From: Schizochytrium sp. TIO01
Lineage: Eukaryota; Protista; Bigyra: Labyrinthulomycetes
Direction: 5' to 3'
NCBI GenBank assembly: GCA_004764695.1
Contig: SMSO01000007.1
Location: 992,001 to 1,056,000 of the forward strand
Length of the DNA stretch: 64,000 bases
The notes under the pieces: generated by a model
What the model was told of the DNA's origin: nothing
Database searches by the model: none
What the model saw: only the letters and a program-made list of their open reading frames with translations
Program-made: the position numbers and the translations under genes
Shown here: one piece after another, positions 1-13,244 of the stretch
Position numbering within the stretch: position 1 is the stretch's first letter
Layout: each line of letters starts with the position of its first letter

Positions 1-1308
1 AATTCGTTTCTCACAGTAGGTACCTATTTTGACTTTCTTCCCAGTAGAAAACAATCTGAGAAGATACATCATTATTTCCTTAAACAAATTCCACCAAGGT
101 CAGTCAACCTTTACTACGACCGCAGCTGCTTCAATCCTCCCCCAAGTCCCTCACAGGATTTCAATCTCTCCCAAACGCAAATGTATATAATGTTATCAAA
201 GGACCTTATTTATTACAAAAGCCCAGCTTTGTTGTCCAAACTTCAAACTACATCTCATCTTCACACTTACAAAAGATGTAGTACCTACTTCTTTCTTTCA
301 AGCCCCCTGCTTTCACCTAGGATCCTCTAACATGGCTTCCCTGCAAACTATGCGATGTGTTTCCCTCTTTGCTCAAGTGCAGAGCGGCTGTTTTCGCTTG
401 CCCGAACCTTGCGCCTAATTGCTTCAGGTTTGCACGGATGCCTCGGCCCATATAACACACACCCAATTACAGAGCAGCGCAAATTTATGACGCCACACGA
501 GACTGCAAATAAAAATAATAAAAAATCATTAAATTAAAATGTTGTGTTTTCCTGAGCTCCAAAAGTCTGTGGGTAGCCTCCACCCTGATGTGCCAGAGAC
601 GCGTCAAGTCTTCGATAACTCGGGGCAGCTGCTGGCCGAGAACTTATTGAAAGCGGCGCGCAATTGTGAAATCAAAAACAGAAAGGATTTTTTTTTTTTC
701 CTCCGTTTTCTTTTTCTCTTTTTTTCTTTTTTCTTGTGCCTGTGTAAACAAATCCTTGAGTCTCCCCGTTCCCCACTGCTCCATCGCGTTCTATGTAATG
801 CGCTTTGACAGGGCCCAAGAAACCGCCAGCACTCACAGCAGCCTCCATCGAACAGCGGCATCATTAACGATCAGGATAATTCATACCAAAAAAACCAACG
901 GCCCTAGACTTGTTCAAGCTATGCACTCCAATTCAACTTCGCCAAGATAGACTTTCATCATTCATGTGCGCAGGAGCTTGCAATCTCAATCTTCGAGCGA
1001 GCACCATAGTAGTTTTCCGTGACCTTGACACCGAAGCCAATGACAACTTGAATCAAAAGCTAGTCAAAACTTGTCGAGGAAGTTTGCTCGCAAAAAGATT
1101 CACGGCCAACACCGGTTGCCCTTCCGTAGCCCGCACAGGCATCACAGACGACCAAAGCTCTCTTCTCACGGTACGAGGCACCGCTGTGGCAAGCGCACAT
1201 CATTTGCGACTTTCTTCTGCGGGATTGATTAATGCCGTTCCACTTCCAAACTGAATCTTTTAAGTGCGCTGCGCAAAACTTTGACGCTTCCATTCTGTCA
1301 AGAAAGAA

Positions 1309-3003
1309 ATGGGCCAAAGCGAAGTTTTGAGGCGCGAGCAGCTGCACGAAGATCAAGCAAAACCAAATCAAACCAACTCGGGATGATCAGGACAGGATTT
1401 GTCGAAATGAGGGCTTTCGCACGGACTTTTGAGTTTGAACTCAACGTTTCAAGCTTACCTGCGGTGCAGCACAACAAAGAGCAGCTGCACAAATCTGCTC
1501 GCGATGGGGAATTCGTTGGGAGGCAACAATGATTGAGAAGAAGTGTCTGATCGGAGTGGACTTTGACGGAGTGGATGCGATGCCAGCCTGGATGCTACTC
1601 ATGCTGCTAGCGGGTTTTGTTGCCCTTCGTAAGGATGATGATGGGCCATGGCCAAGCTGACTTGCCTGTCTCTTTGCAGTTGCGCAGAGAAGGATCGCGC
1701 AGCTTTGCATCATCTGATACTCTTAGGTGGTGTAGTAGAAACTACAAACCCGGCAGACTATTTGGCAGCAGCAGAGTGTTTCTCCGAATACGTACTTGAG
1801 GTTTGGGCACAAGTAGAGCGTGCAGGCACAAATGCCGTGACGGGACTTTGCGCGAAGAGACTGCAAGGGCTTGCGGGTATACAAGTGCCTTGCGAGAGGA
1901 TTGAAGAAGGTAGGAAAGCTGTGCTAGAAAAGCATAGCCCTTGGAGGCTAGCCTTGGTAGCCACGCTCGAGAGACTGCGCGAGGGAGGCCCTTACCTTTG
2001 AGTTCGACTGATGAGGTGTGAGACCTCCTAGCTGTGTAGAAATCGCGCTCCTGTTGCTTTGGATGAATATTTTCATGGTGGCGGTGCTACATCAGAAGGT
2101 CTAGATATACATTGCACAAGGGTGCGAGATTATGGTTTTCATGTCCCCATGATGCCGCAGTCTTCGTTTTTTGCTTGCTTTCACAAATATAGTAACATAC
2201 ACAGCAAGAGAGAGTACATGTAAATAGTTGCTATCGGTATGAAAGCTTCGCTTTGTAAGTTTGGACACTACTGGTTCCACCTCATTCTATTTATTCCCCT
2301 CCTCCTTCTCTTTGTAGAAGTTGTAGATGTTAACTTTTCAGAATACAAACGCAATAATGTGCATTCTATGTCGCATGTGACCTGCCCTTTGATTTTCAAA
2401 ATATCATGATCAATACTCCAGATGCGGTGTATGAGGGATAGATTCATTGGAGCTTACTAATCTACTATTCTATAATGTAACGTACAATAGCAAGCCAACT
2501 ACAATACACCTCCGTCCTTCGCGTACGAAACCACGAGCTGCTCACACATCATGTTGCCCTTGCTACCCTAGATGAACGCCTGACCCCACGGTCAGTACCA
2601 TTGGGTACATTCTATTTTCTTTGCTCCAGGCGATTTCCGAGCAAGTACTGTGAGCATCACCAGTTGCAGGGACATGGCATTCTTCGAGCCTGATTCCAGC
2701 TTCTTTTACCTCCAGCTACCTATCAAAGGTTCTTGAGTTCCCCTAGATGACGCAAATAAACTTGCCGCGTTTGCATCTCCCAGCACAAACAGTTGCGAGC
2801 CCATGAAAAGCGACGATGGACTGTACCATCATAGTCTCACCATCCGGCACATGAAGTGGGATTCTGGGAATCTGTGGGACTGGGACGAAGTGGTACAATG
2901 TGACTTTGAGACAAAAAAAAATGACGCTGAGACTACTCTGATTGTGATCCTCCAGGTTGCAGTCTTTCACGAAAAGAAAAAAAGCTCCAGAGGCGAAGAG
3001 TAG
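1309..3003 (+). pseudogene. Fragmented coding-like region, possibly a decayed tandem MATH/TRAF-domain gene
   Basis: Protein-like pieces in changing frames, separated by stops: FEFELNVSSLP..., WGIRWEATMIEKKCLIGVDF, KHSPWRLALVATLERLREGGPYL*VRL, WDSGNLWDWDEVVQCDF...ETTLIVILQVAV. They resemble MATH beta-strand patterns by eye only. Confidence 0.3.
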
Positions 3004-6000
3004 ATGTCACTAGTGCGGGGCTTGGGCTAGCCTACGAGCACGATGCTCAGCACAATGGTTTCTTTGAACCTGAGGAAAGCTGCTGAAGGGAAGGGTTGGG
3101 TATTTTTCACGAGAATTGGCCTCGTCAACTTTGCACAACAGGGAAGCGCGTTCGCTGGAGATGGGCCGGCAGCGCAGGGCCCGTCACCAAGCAGCCGAGC
3201 TATTCATAACGGAGGCGGCCACGGTCACCTCGGCTTCCCTTGTCTCCCGTCCCGAGCACGGGCGTTTTCACGCAGGTTTTAGCCTGCATTTGGCCAGCTC
3301 CATCAGCCTTCGAGACAAAAAATGGCAACAAATTCCGCGTGTTCCTGACCGCCCACGAATCGAATCGCTTCGTGAACTTCTTCACCTCCTCGCAACCCTT
3401 TCCTTCGCGTCAATGCCTAAAAGTTTCTGGCCGGCTCGCTTCCAGACAAGCACGCCACGCCCTGATCGAACCCTCATTTCGCCCGACCGCGATGCTCCAT
3501 AAGCCCTGCGCAAACTTCTTTTTTCCATTCGCGCAATAGCGCGCATCTCATGGAGTCCTACCATTCGCTATACGAGTCCTACGTGGTTCTGGCGGGGGCA
3601 CTATTGTGGCGGAGGATGATTCTTCCCGCAAGAAGATCAGATTGTGTCGTGATCTCCGGACACGCAGTGAGACCACGGTGGCCATACAATCATGATCTTG
3701 AGAAGTTCGCACGCTCGCGCCGGGTGGCATCGCGGTTTCTCACGCGTTTCTTGAGTTCCCTGCGGCTGCGGCAGAGCTGGTGCGAGCTTGGTTCTGGGCC
3801 ACAGAACTGGGAGGGGTGCTATGGATTAGGGTAGGAAGACACTAGTAAAGGAAGATGGATCCCGTTGTCCAAACAATCAATTGATTGATTGTGTTCAAGA
3901 TTGAGCGCTTTCTAACCAATGCTGAAGGCAGGGAAGTTTGACAGGTTCTGGGATCCGCGATCGAGACGATCAGAGCTGCCCAGACAGGCTCGACTCGACT
4001 CGACTCGCGCGTTCACCGTGACATAGAGAATGATTCCAGTGAGGTTTCGCTTAATCCATTTTCCTGTGAACGAGTTCTTCTTTGAAGAATTCCATTTCTC
4101 TGCTGTGATTTCTTTCTATTTTGTTTAGTGATCATCAGAAAAAAGGAGAGACCTGAGGAGGAGTTGATCGAACGACGGGAGGAGCGAATAAATAAATGAA
4201 TAAATATTTGGACTCAGCGTCGAAGAGACACGGAAACTGGCTGCTTGAGCCGCAGCAGTGCACGCGAGGGACACGATGCGAGAGCTTGCTTATGAGCAGC
4301 TAGCTTCCTGGCATGGGCGACCTGGAAAAGTTCCCAAACTCGAAGCATTAAACCAACCAGAGGGAAACACACCTCGACATCCTCACGACTTCCTTCGATG
4401 GCTGTGGACGCTGATTGAATTGGCCGAGGGCCTGCTCACGCGATCGATTTGTACAACTGTGCAAGAAATCCATTGGTACAAGTTGTGCGAGAGAAAGTTA
4501 GGACAGAGACCACTGGACGGACGGAGGAAATGAGTCTTCACTGCGGCCTGGAGCGACTGACTCTTCAAGGCTCTCGAGTCTTACCACGAACCAGCATCAT
4601 CTCACCGTTATCCTCACGCCCGAGATCACCACGTTGGTCCGGAGACGCATCTGCTCCACCATCCGAGCACCGCCTGAATCGGGAAGGTGGTTTTCGTTTA
4701 CTTACTTCTTCAGAGGGCGGCTCGGAGACATTGGCGGCGGAAATGATTGATGACGATTATTGCAACAAACAAACAAAAACACCTTAGTGGAAGCAGCAGA
4801 ATGTTGTACGCGCGCTCGGACACCGCTGCGACGGATGGCTGCGATGGAGCTGGCAATAGGATGAGTACGGAGACGGGCGTTCTACGATGGAGAGACCCGG
4901 GTAACGAAAATGAAAGCACGGCCACAGACACCTCTGTGGGAGGTATCTAGGTTGGTGGTGGTGGTAGGGTGCAGATTATTTAGAAAACACACTAGTGCTG
5001 CATGCCAAGCTGGCCACCTGGATGGAGCGAGAAACACGATTTCGCGAGACTTTCCTTTTAGGTGGGCAGTACTTTTTACCTTCTTTATTGTCCACAAACT
5101 TCGATAGGCGACACGTCTGTGAATAAAATATTGGAAGTGGCGGCAGCAGAAGGATTTCACAAATTATGGAGCCGAATTTTTCAGGAAAACACGGGACGAA
5201 GCATTACTCTGCAAAAAGTTAGTTGCCCGCTGAGCAACTACCAGCGACAAAAGCTCCACCCCCCTCCCCTCCCTCTGGCGGGCGAAACCACGGAAGGATT
5301 TCCTTTTACTTTTGCAAATGCGCCGCTTCTACCAGAGTGTAAACAGGACTTTTTTTTGTTTTTCGAAAGGATCAACGTCCAAGGACCAGGACAGCATTGG
5401 TACTTCTTTTGTTTGTTATTATAATTTGATATACAATGAAGCTGTCAAGATGTGCAATTGACGCTTTTACTTCCGCCTTGGAGGTTGCCGTGAACCTTAA
5501 AACTTTAAAAAGGACACAGTGGTAGAGGATGAGAGAAACACAAATATGCAGAAAGTTTTACCTCTTCAACTTTACTACCACTGGGGAATAAATTTTAAAA
5601 AAAGTGTGTTAGAATTACACATCATCGTCATTCTACAAGTAGCAACTTACATGTTTTAAAAGGATAGGACTTGAAAATCCAGGCAGCTGCTAACTTTATA
5701 TTTACCTATCAAATCGCTCATCCCAGGCACACTGGGCCTAAAAGTTTTTCTCTTTTTCGTTTTCTTTTCCCCGATATAGTGCAAAATGATCTCCGCAGCA
5801 AAAATAGTTAGTCGTGGTGATGAATCAAATGAAGATGGAGAAAAAGTCCCACTGGGATTGATCTTTCGAAACAGGAGCAACTTTAAAAGATAAAATCTGA
5901 AATATTTAGTTTGGCTTGAGAGATCAAAAATCATTGAAATGAGTGAAACGATTTTAGTGTATTTTTGAAAGCTACATAATATGCATCGCTCTTCACGTGA

Positions 6001-8115
6001 CGCTTATGAAATCGGAGGTAAGAAATGATTTGGCCTAGTGGGGACACAAATAGAAGATAATCAAAAGAGTTAGGGATGATTCAAGGAGAAAAGAGCAATT
6101 TCGTTAGCTATGCAAACCCTGTCAGCCCTGCGAGCTGGTTGCTGAATGTAAGCAAATTAATTCACATGCCGTGGATCTCTCTTTGACTTTCGTACTCCCT
6201 CGCTCAACATCAGAATGCTCTTGGGAAATCACGGCAGAATATTATCGCTCAACTACCATGCAAGATTGCAACATGACAAAAATTACTCCAGGGTGGATCA
6301 AACTCTCAGAAAACCACCACGTATGTGGTGGGTGAGAAAGGGAAGCGAATGAAAGAAAACACATATCATTTGCATAGATTTAGATCTAATCTAAAATGCG
6401 CTGTGTGTTAACTAGACGCATTTATTGTGCCAGTTACAGATACATTTTTACATCTCATAGTATCTCACAACTCTAACGAATGGTAGGTACATCTGACCAT
6501 CTCGAATACCGACCAGTGGAGGTTATTCCTGGAATGACAATTGACGCAAACTTTGTCCAGATGTCGAGCCCATAGCATTGTGAACCAGAAGCCTCAGTTC
6601 AAATTTGTCTTGAACTTATGATGAAGACTATTCAATTTCGTCAATAAACCTGGGTTCAACATTTCTTCTTTTTTTTAATTATGTAAATGTGATTGAAATA
6701 ATATCATCAGGGAACATCATTTGGGAGACCATCCATTAGATTTTTTCCGGCAAACTAAAACAAAACCTTTTTTCATACTATGAGCCAAAACAGTTGCAAA
6801 TTTATTCGAGTTGCATTGTCAAGATAATATGGCAATTCAAATATTACAAGAATTGTGTCCCCGCAAGCTCGCAATTCTGCATGATTTTTTCTTTTCCTTT
6901 TAAGAGTCTGCGTGCAATAATTTCTTTTTTTACTTGGAGCTAAAACTTTGGAGCATCATCACCACTGCAGATTTTTTTTTTCTTCAACCTATTTTGTTTT
7001 AACTTTATCATCTTCTTTGTTTTCATTAAGAACGTTTTTAATTAAAATTAATTAAAAAGTAATGACAAATAATTCATAGTTTTCACTATTAGCCATTTCT
7101 CGAATTGAAAGTTTTTCAATAGCTTCAAAGTTTTCACACCTCACAAATCACAGCAAAGAACCCACGAGAAACAGACTCTATTTTGGTAAAATAAAACAAA
7201 AAATGTAAAGTGCTTCTCGCCACGAGTAATACATAACCCGTAGCATCCGTCGCCATCCTAAGGGCAAGGACTTCTCACGAGGCTGCAGTAATCCCTTCTG
7301 AACATTAGCGCAACGCCCAAGTGTCCTATGTTCCCCAGCTTCATTCTCCCCCGTTCTCCACCAACAAAACTATGGAGACTCTCCTTGGCTCTCGTTCCAC
7401 TCTCACAAGCCTCCGCCGCGTGCCCTTCTTAGGCGCCATCCGCAGCCACTCGTCACCGAGGGCCCCCTCCGCCACTCTCACCGTTCCTGTCTTTTGCAAA
7501 GAACGCGTACACAAAGAACAGCAACCCCTAGGTTCCCCGTGTTACCCTGATGGCGCGATATAGACAGGGTGTGCGCTTTCCCTGTGTTCCCCGAGACATG
7601 GGAAGAACTTGTTTAGCGGCATGTTGCTTGACAGCCAACCATAAACTGCACACATTTTGAGTGAAAAAGCTGGGAAATGCTTGGCGATGAATCTCAATGT
7701 GGCTCCCAGGGCCCCAGGCCAGCGAGAACTGGCTGGCCCCGGCAAGACTGCGCGGGACCCCTATTTCCTATCATCTCGATTCACCGCAGCTTTTTCTGAT
7801 TAGTGAGTAGTAGGTATTAGGCAGTGTGCTACACACTGAGGGGGGAAAGAACAGCAAGAGAACAGACCAAATGGCACAGTGAGAATGGAAGGAAGTTTTG
7901 AAAGGTAGGTACTTAGCAAAATCCCTAACGCCTGCTTAGTGTGTGCACTTGGTCCTGTATCTCGAGGTTCCATAAACACGAAGGCCAGTCTTAACTTGCA
8001 ACTACGGCAAACCATAGAAGTGGCGCTGGCCACGATCGCGGTTTTGAGGACTTCTTCTTAGGCCTATAATTTCTCGAGTTTGGTTTGAATTTTTTTGGAG
8101 TTTCTTCGAATCTGT

Positions 8116-8164
8116 GAATTCGGAATTCGAATTGGAATTCGAATTTGAATTCGAATTTGAATTT
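8116..8164. repeat. GAATTC/GAATTT/GAATTG hexamer tandem repeat
   Basis: gaattcggaattcgaattggaattcgaatttgaattcgaatttgaattt. Confidence 0.8.
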
Positions 8165-8279
8165 GGAGTTCAAATTTGGAGCTCGAAATCAGAGCCCCAA
8201 ATTGGTCTTCGGCATGAGAGCTCAGACACCTTTCGAAGCCGGGGCGCGAGACAGGCAGGCAGGCTCTCAGGGATAGCTT

Positions 8280-9225
8280 TGACTTCGTGAGGAGGTTGGC
8301 CTTGGCTGGAGATGGAAGCAGCGCGGGAACTTGTGGAATCTTGGGCGCCGGTCTCCGAGCAGGTTTGAGGAGACCGCCGCTCGAGGCCTCTGGAGCCGTC
8401 TGTCCGCAGCTGCTGCTCGCTGCTCGCTGCTGCGATCGCTGCCGCGCGACAGCTGGCGTGGCGATTAATTTCTTCAAGCGCCGCCAGCGGAATGAGAACC
8501 TGCAGCGATGCCGTCGAGGCTGAGCGAAACCCAAGCCAGACCGCCTCAGGCCGCCAGGACGCACCGTGAAGGATAAACTAAGACCGCTCGAGGTTGACGC
8601 AAAGCTGCACGATGTTTGCCTCATTGGCTGCCGCTTGGACGGCTCTGCTCTGGTGGCTTATCGAATCGCTTTGAGCAGCGGCGAGAGAGAGGCAAGCGGT
8701 GTTTGAGGTCCGGAGCGAAGAGCGTCTTCGCGCGTTTCGATTACCTGAAAGATGATGTTCTTGCTTGAGTTTGCAGGGGACTTCATGACGGATGTGGACA
8801 ACGCACTCGCAGTTGAAATGCCGCAGGCGATTGACGGCGCTTGCTTATCACTCCTCAAGGCCCAAGATTATGCTGCGGACAGCGCTCGTGTCGAAACGCG
8901 AGGGGGCGGCGCCGAAGGTGTTGTCGCTGGCGCGAGGTTGAAGAGCGCAACCGCAGCGCCTGTAAAAGGTGGTGTGCTTTTCACTCCTCCAAGAATGGAA
9001 ACCCTTCGCAAAGCCGAATTTTCTCGTTCTCTTTTGTTGGCAAAAGCCCTCTCTTTGAGTTAGTCGCCTCCTCCTTGCTTGGCGAAAAGGTGAACATGAG
9101 ATGATCCATTTCTTCGACTCAACGCGCTCACTGACAGACGCAGACAGCGATTCACGCAGGTTCTTTGTGGTGTTCGACTTGTACAAGTCCTCGAGCATGA
9201 TTCGCAGATTTCGAGGGGCTTGAGG
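8280..9225. pseudogene. GC-rich fragmented coding-like segment, strand uncertain (+ favoured)
   Basis: The + frame of ORFs 8287..8523 and 8752..9063 is interrupted by TGA stops and contains protein-like text (EVDAKLHDVCLIGCRLDGSALVAYRIAL; MMFLLEFAGDFMTDVDNALAVEMPQ). The Ser-rich minus ORFs sit in the antisense shadow frame. Confidence 0.25.
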
Positions 9226-10974
9226 TGGCTTAGTCAGAACCGTAGAGACTGAAAGCCGCTGTCGCTCCTACATGCATGTGCAAAGTGCGGGCTCGCAGGA
9301 GGAGGCCGCGGCAGCCAGCGACAGTGAGGGAGCGCGCGTCTCCTCCGGCAGCGAACAGACAAACACACGCGTATCAGGCGGGCAGCAGACTGCCAGGTGG
9401 CGAGCAGTCTCGGCTACCGTTGCTCGCCGCCTGGTGGCAAGTCAGCCAAAGGCAGGAGAACGCTGGCTGGTGGCGAGAACAACCTCCTTTGGTAGGCCGG
9501 CGGCACGTGAATTTTTGGGCTCACTCACTCATATGGAGACTTGGGAGCTTTCTACTTATTTATACGTTTACATGATTTTCTTTCCTCTGTTTCTTTCTCT
9601 TACTATTCTGACAAGAAAAAAACGCGCTAAAATCATCATGATAGAAGAAGCTCTTAAAATAGCACCTGCCTAACTGGCTGGGTAGCTCGTAGGAAGAGTA
9701 GTCGATTCTCGTGACATTTGGAGCTGGGATTGGTCAAGTTTGGGGCGGCACGTTCGTTGGCGTGCTCGCCAGAGCTGGGGGCGGTAGTAAGCGCAGCATG
9801 ATCGTCTTGAGGAGGAGGATTTTTGAAGGTACTGCCACCGTTTTTACGAAAGTAATCGGCGAGCGGGAATGATGATGGTGATCCTGGTCAATTTGGTGAA
9901 CGAGTGGCACACTATGTCAAGCTATCAGGTCACAGAGAAGGAACGAAGACAAGTGTTTTTTTGTTGTTTTTCATCAATAAATCGGGACAACTGATTTCTG
10001 GGCACAGCCCAAATGAGACAAGTGGGATGAATCTAATTTTTTACTATACTAAAATCTGCTCAAAAACAGCACACATTTCTCAACAAGCCGTGGCCCGTGC
10101 AAGTTACGTTTGGGAGCGAACAGATACACCCGGTGGCCACGGAACTTTTGTTACGTAACCACCAGCGGCTCAACTCAAGTCAACTACACTTCGAGATCAT
10201 TTACAGGCACCAAGCACCTACATGCATCAGATATATAATTCCGTGATATCAAAGAGCAGACAGACAGCTTGCAAGAACTTATACTATTTGAGTCACTGAC
10301 TTACGGAAAGACGAAGTCTACCTACTTACTTAGTAATCTGTGAGCAAGCGAGCAAGACTATCAGGTAGTAGAAGAGTAGACGAACAGACCGCGTGAAAGG
10401 ACTCGAAAATGCTCGCGAAACCCGCGATTATATTCGGTGGAGGGTATGGGGCTGTCACGGCGGCGGTTTCCCGCGAAATTGGCGAGTATTTGGCGGGTTT
10501 CCCAAGCTCCGGAGCTCGTTTGGCGGCCTGTCATCCGAGTTTCTCGCAAAAGTTCTGTTTCAAGAAAGCTGCCTTTTTTTCTTTCTTCTCACTTTTCCTC
10601 AGCTCTTTTTTTTTTCAAAGTTAATCGAAAAAAGTTTCTTTTTACAACCCCAAGGTGTGCGCCAGCAGTGTGGGGCTCCTCCCCACTTATACCTACCCCT
10701 ATACTTTATAGTAGCCATACCTCATCAGTGTACTTCAGAGAGTGCTTGTTCCGAATCTGCACGCCTCTCCTCACATTGCCATAAACTCAGACAGTTGTTC
10801 TCCACTGAATAACTCTACGTAACTTAGGAGGAGCCACACTGAGCATTTCTGCCTCACAGACCCTCAGTGGGAAGAGAGGAGCGAGGGCGGTCAGTGGAGA
10901 GGAGGGATGCGCAAATTTGCGCCGCTGGCGAAGATCGATTTGCGTCAATGCGATCAATCAGTTCCTTAACGAGG

Positions 10975-11013
10975 AGAAGAAGAGAAGAGAAGAGAAGAGA
11001 AGAAGAGAAGAAG
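10975..11013. repeat. AGAAG/AGA purine microsatellite
   Basis: agaagaagagaagagaagagaagaagaagagaagaagg. Confidence 0.75.
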
Positions 11014-11210
11014 GCCTCTCGAAATCTGAAAAGCGGCGCGTCTCCGAGTCCCTCGACCCCACGGCCACGCTGAGCGAGCGAGCGACTTTCGAACTCCTGA
11101 CCGAGTGAGAGAGAGCGCCCTGAGCCCAGGTGGCGGAGGAGCCCGACCAGAAAGAGTTCCTACTGGGACCTTCGAATTCGAACTCTGTTTCTATTGCATC
11201 CCATCTCACT

Positions 11211-11267
11211 TCATTTCAATTCATTTCAATTCATTTCAATTCATTTGATTCGATTTGATTTGATTTG
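11211..11267. repeat. (TCATTTCAAT)3 followed by (GATTT)n microsatellite
   Basis: Direct reading of the sequence. Confidence 0.8.
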
Positions 11268-11708
11268 CTCTGTCGTCTGATTGAAATAGATAGAGACAGG
11301 ATAGATTTCTTCTTCGCTCTGGATTGATTCCAAGCTTTCGGCGAGATTCGAGCACCGAAGCAGTGCCAACCTTCTCCAGAGGTCGCGAGCGAGGCGTCGA
11401 GAACCGGAATCAGCAGCAGCAGCAGCAGCTGGCGGAGTTGGTTGACTCGGCTGGGATTGAACTCAATTGAATTCAATTGAATTCAATTGGCTTGAACTGC
11501 GACGAAAGAGGAGGCTCCCCGCTTCCTATACTAATCGCACCGCGCCCTCCTCCTACATCGTGAGCCGCGTTCGTGAGTGTGAGAATAAAGGACCCAGTGC
11601 ACGCGCCGCTCTCTCCTCTGCGAATCTTGAGGAAATCTGGCCAGCTGTAGTAAGCTCGAGAAAGAAAGAACTGACGTTCACAGAAAAATCTGCTCTCGCG
11701 AACGAAGG

Positions 11709-11758
11709 AATAAATAAATAAACAAACGAACGAACGAACGAACGAACAAATAAACTAA
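11709..11758. repeat. (AAAT)n/(AACG)n compound microsatellite
   Basis: aataaataaataaacaaacgaacgaacgaacgaacgaacaaataaac. Confidence 0.75.
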
Positions 11759-13244
11759 CGAGGCTGCCGAGGTCCTGCAGCTCATCAGCGCCGACGGAAG
11801 AACCCAGAGCAACCACCGCGGAAAGGAGCCTCGAGGCTTTCCCTCGAAGGAGAAAACCAAAGCCAACAACTCGAGGGACTGCTGCCGGGAGTCACCGCAT
11901 CTAGTCGCTCGGAAAAGAACGATTGGGGACAATAGGGGGGAACGGAGGGAACTTTGAGGGGAAGAGGAACCCTGACTGAACGGCCAGAAAGAGGTCAGCA
12001 AACCTCGAACTAATTTGATTGAACATCAGCGAGGCAGCTCGAAAGCGCCTCTATATAGGTAAGTGTTGCGAAATGCATGAAGATAATAGGGTTGCGAGGG
12101 CGGCGAAGAAGTCCGGGTAGGTTTTGCAGCAGGGCCTGGCGACGGCGGCGGCTGCTGCGATGGCGTAGAAGCCTGGCTGCCGGGTGGTTTGGTTTCCGCT
12201 TCATCTTGGACTCTTTTTCTTCTTTTTTTTAGTTTTTCTTTTTCTTTTTTCTTCCTTTGGCTTTTTCTTTGCGTTTCGACCTGTGTTGGTTTTGTTTTCC
12301 TTCGTCGGCCTTTCGTAAAGCTTCTTCAAGTTGAAGCCCTGCCGGATCCTTTGCGTTGCGTTGCGTTGAATCATTTTCTTTGCGCTCTTCTGTGCTGGGC
12401 TTTAGTTAAACCTGCTTCGGCATGCTCACCTCAGACCGTGCGCAGAGAATACAAGCATGGTTGTGGAAAGAATGAGAACGATAAGAAGAAGAACTATGAA
12501 GAAGAAGAAGAAGAAGGCGTGGAAAGAACGAAAGCTTCGGCTTTGCTTGCGTTGCCGGTGCTCGATAGTTTACAAGTAGGGTAGGGAAAAAGTATGTGGC
12601 GTTTACGCACTCGACAGTCGCCGACACCGTTTGGGGCGAGCTGGGCACCTACAAGAGCCGAGGATTTCGCTCGCTCGCTCTCCAGTCGCTGGTTGCGGCC
12701 TCGCGAGGCAAGTAACAGCCAGCGAGCTCGCTCCAGCGTAAGGAAGTGACGGAGTTTACTTTGCGCTGTTCCTTTTTGTTTAGGAGGTGGTAGTAGCACG
12801 TTCGTCGAAGGTCAGCTGGCAGGCTGGCTAGTAGTAGTAGTAATAGGAGGGAGTACACATGAGCCAAGGCAAGAAAATTCAATTGTTGTTGGAGTCGCGG
12901 AGGGGGTGGGAGGTTTGTTTCCGGCGGATGGGTTTTGACTGTACTACCTTCGGCTTTTAGCAACTAGGAGGGCTACTACTATTGGCGGATGGCCGGGGTG
13001 TTTTATTTTTCTTTCTTTTTTTCGAAAGTGTTTTGCTTTAGTTATTCTAGTTATTTACAGTTATTTGTGAGGAATGAAAGGACAATGAGAACTGACGGAA
13101 TTTTTGAGACATTGTCGAACACAGCTGATCAGCAGAACAGTAACGCGGAGCGACAGAAGCTAGTCTGCAGCGGTTCGCTGTGCTAGCTACGCATATCAAA
13201 TCAGCAAGATTACGAACTCCACGAACACTACCACGTCGAGCACT

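Noticed and set aside
7800-9110. A minus-strand frame whose internal stops are all TAA/TAG (9060, 8868, 8658, 8064, 8058), suggesting stop-to-Gln recoding or CpA-to-TpA hypermutation
   Set aside because: The frame is the Ser-rich antisense shadow of the + fragments, and intact genes here end normally with TAA and TAG
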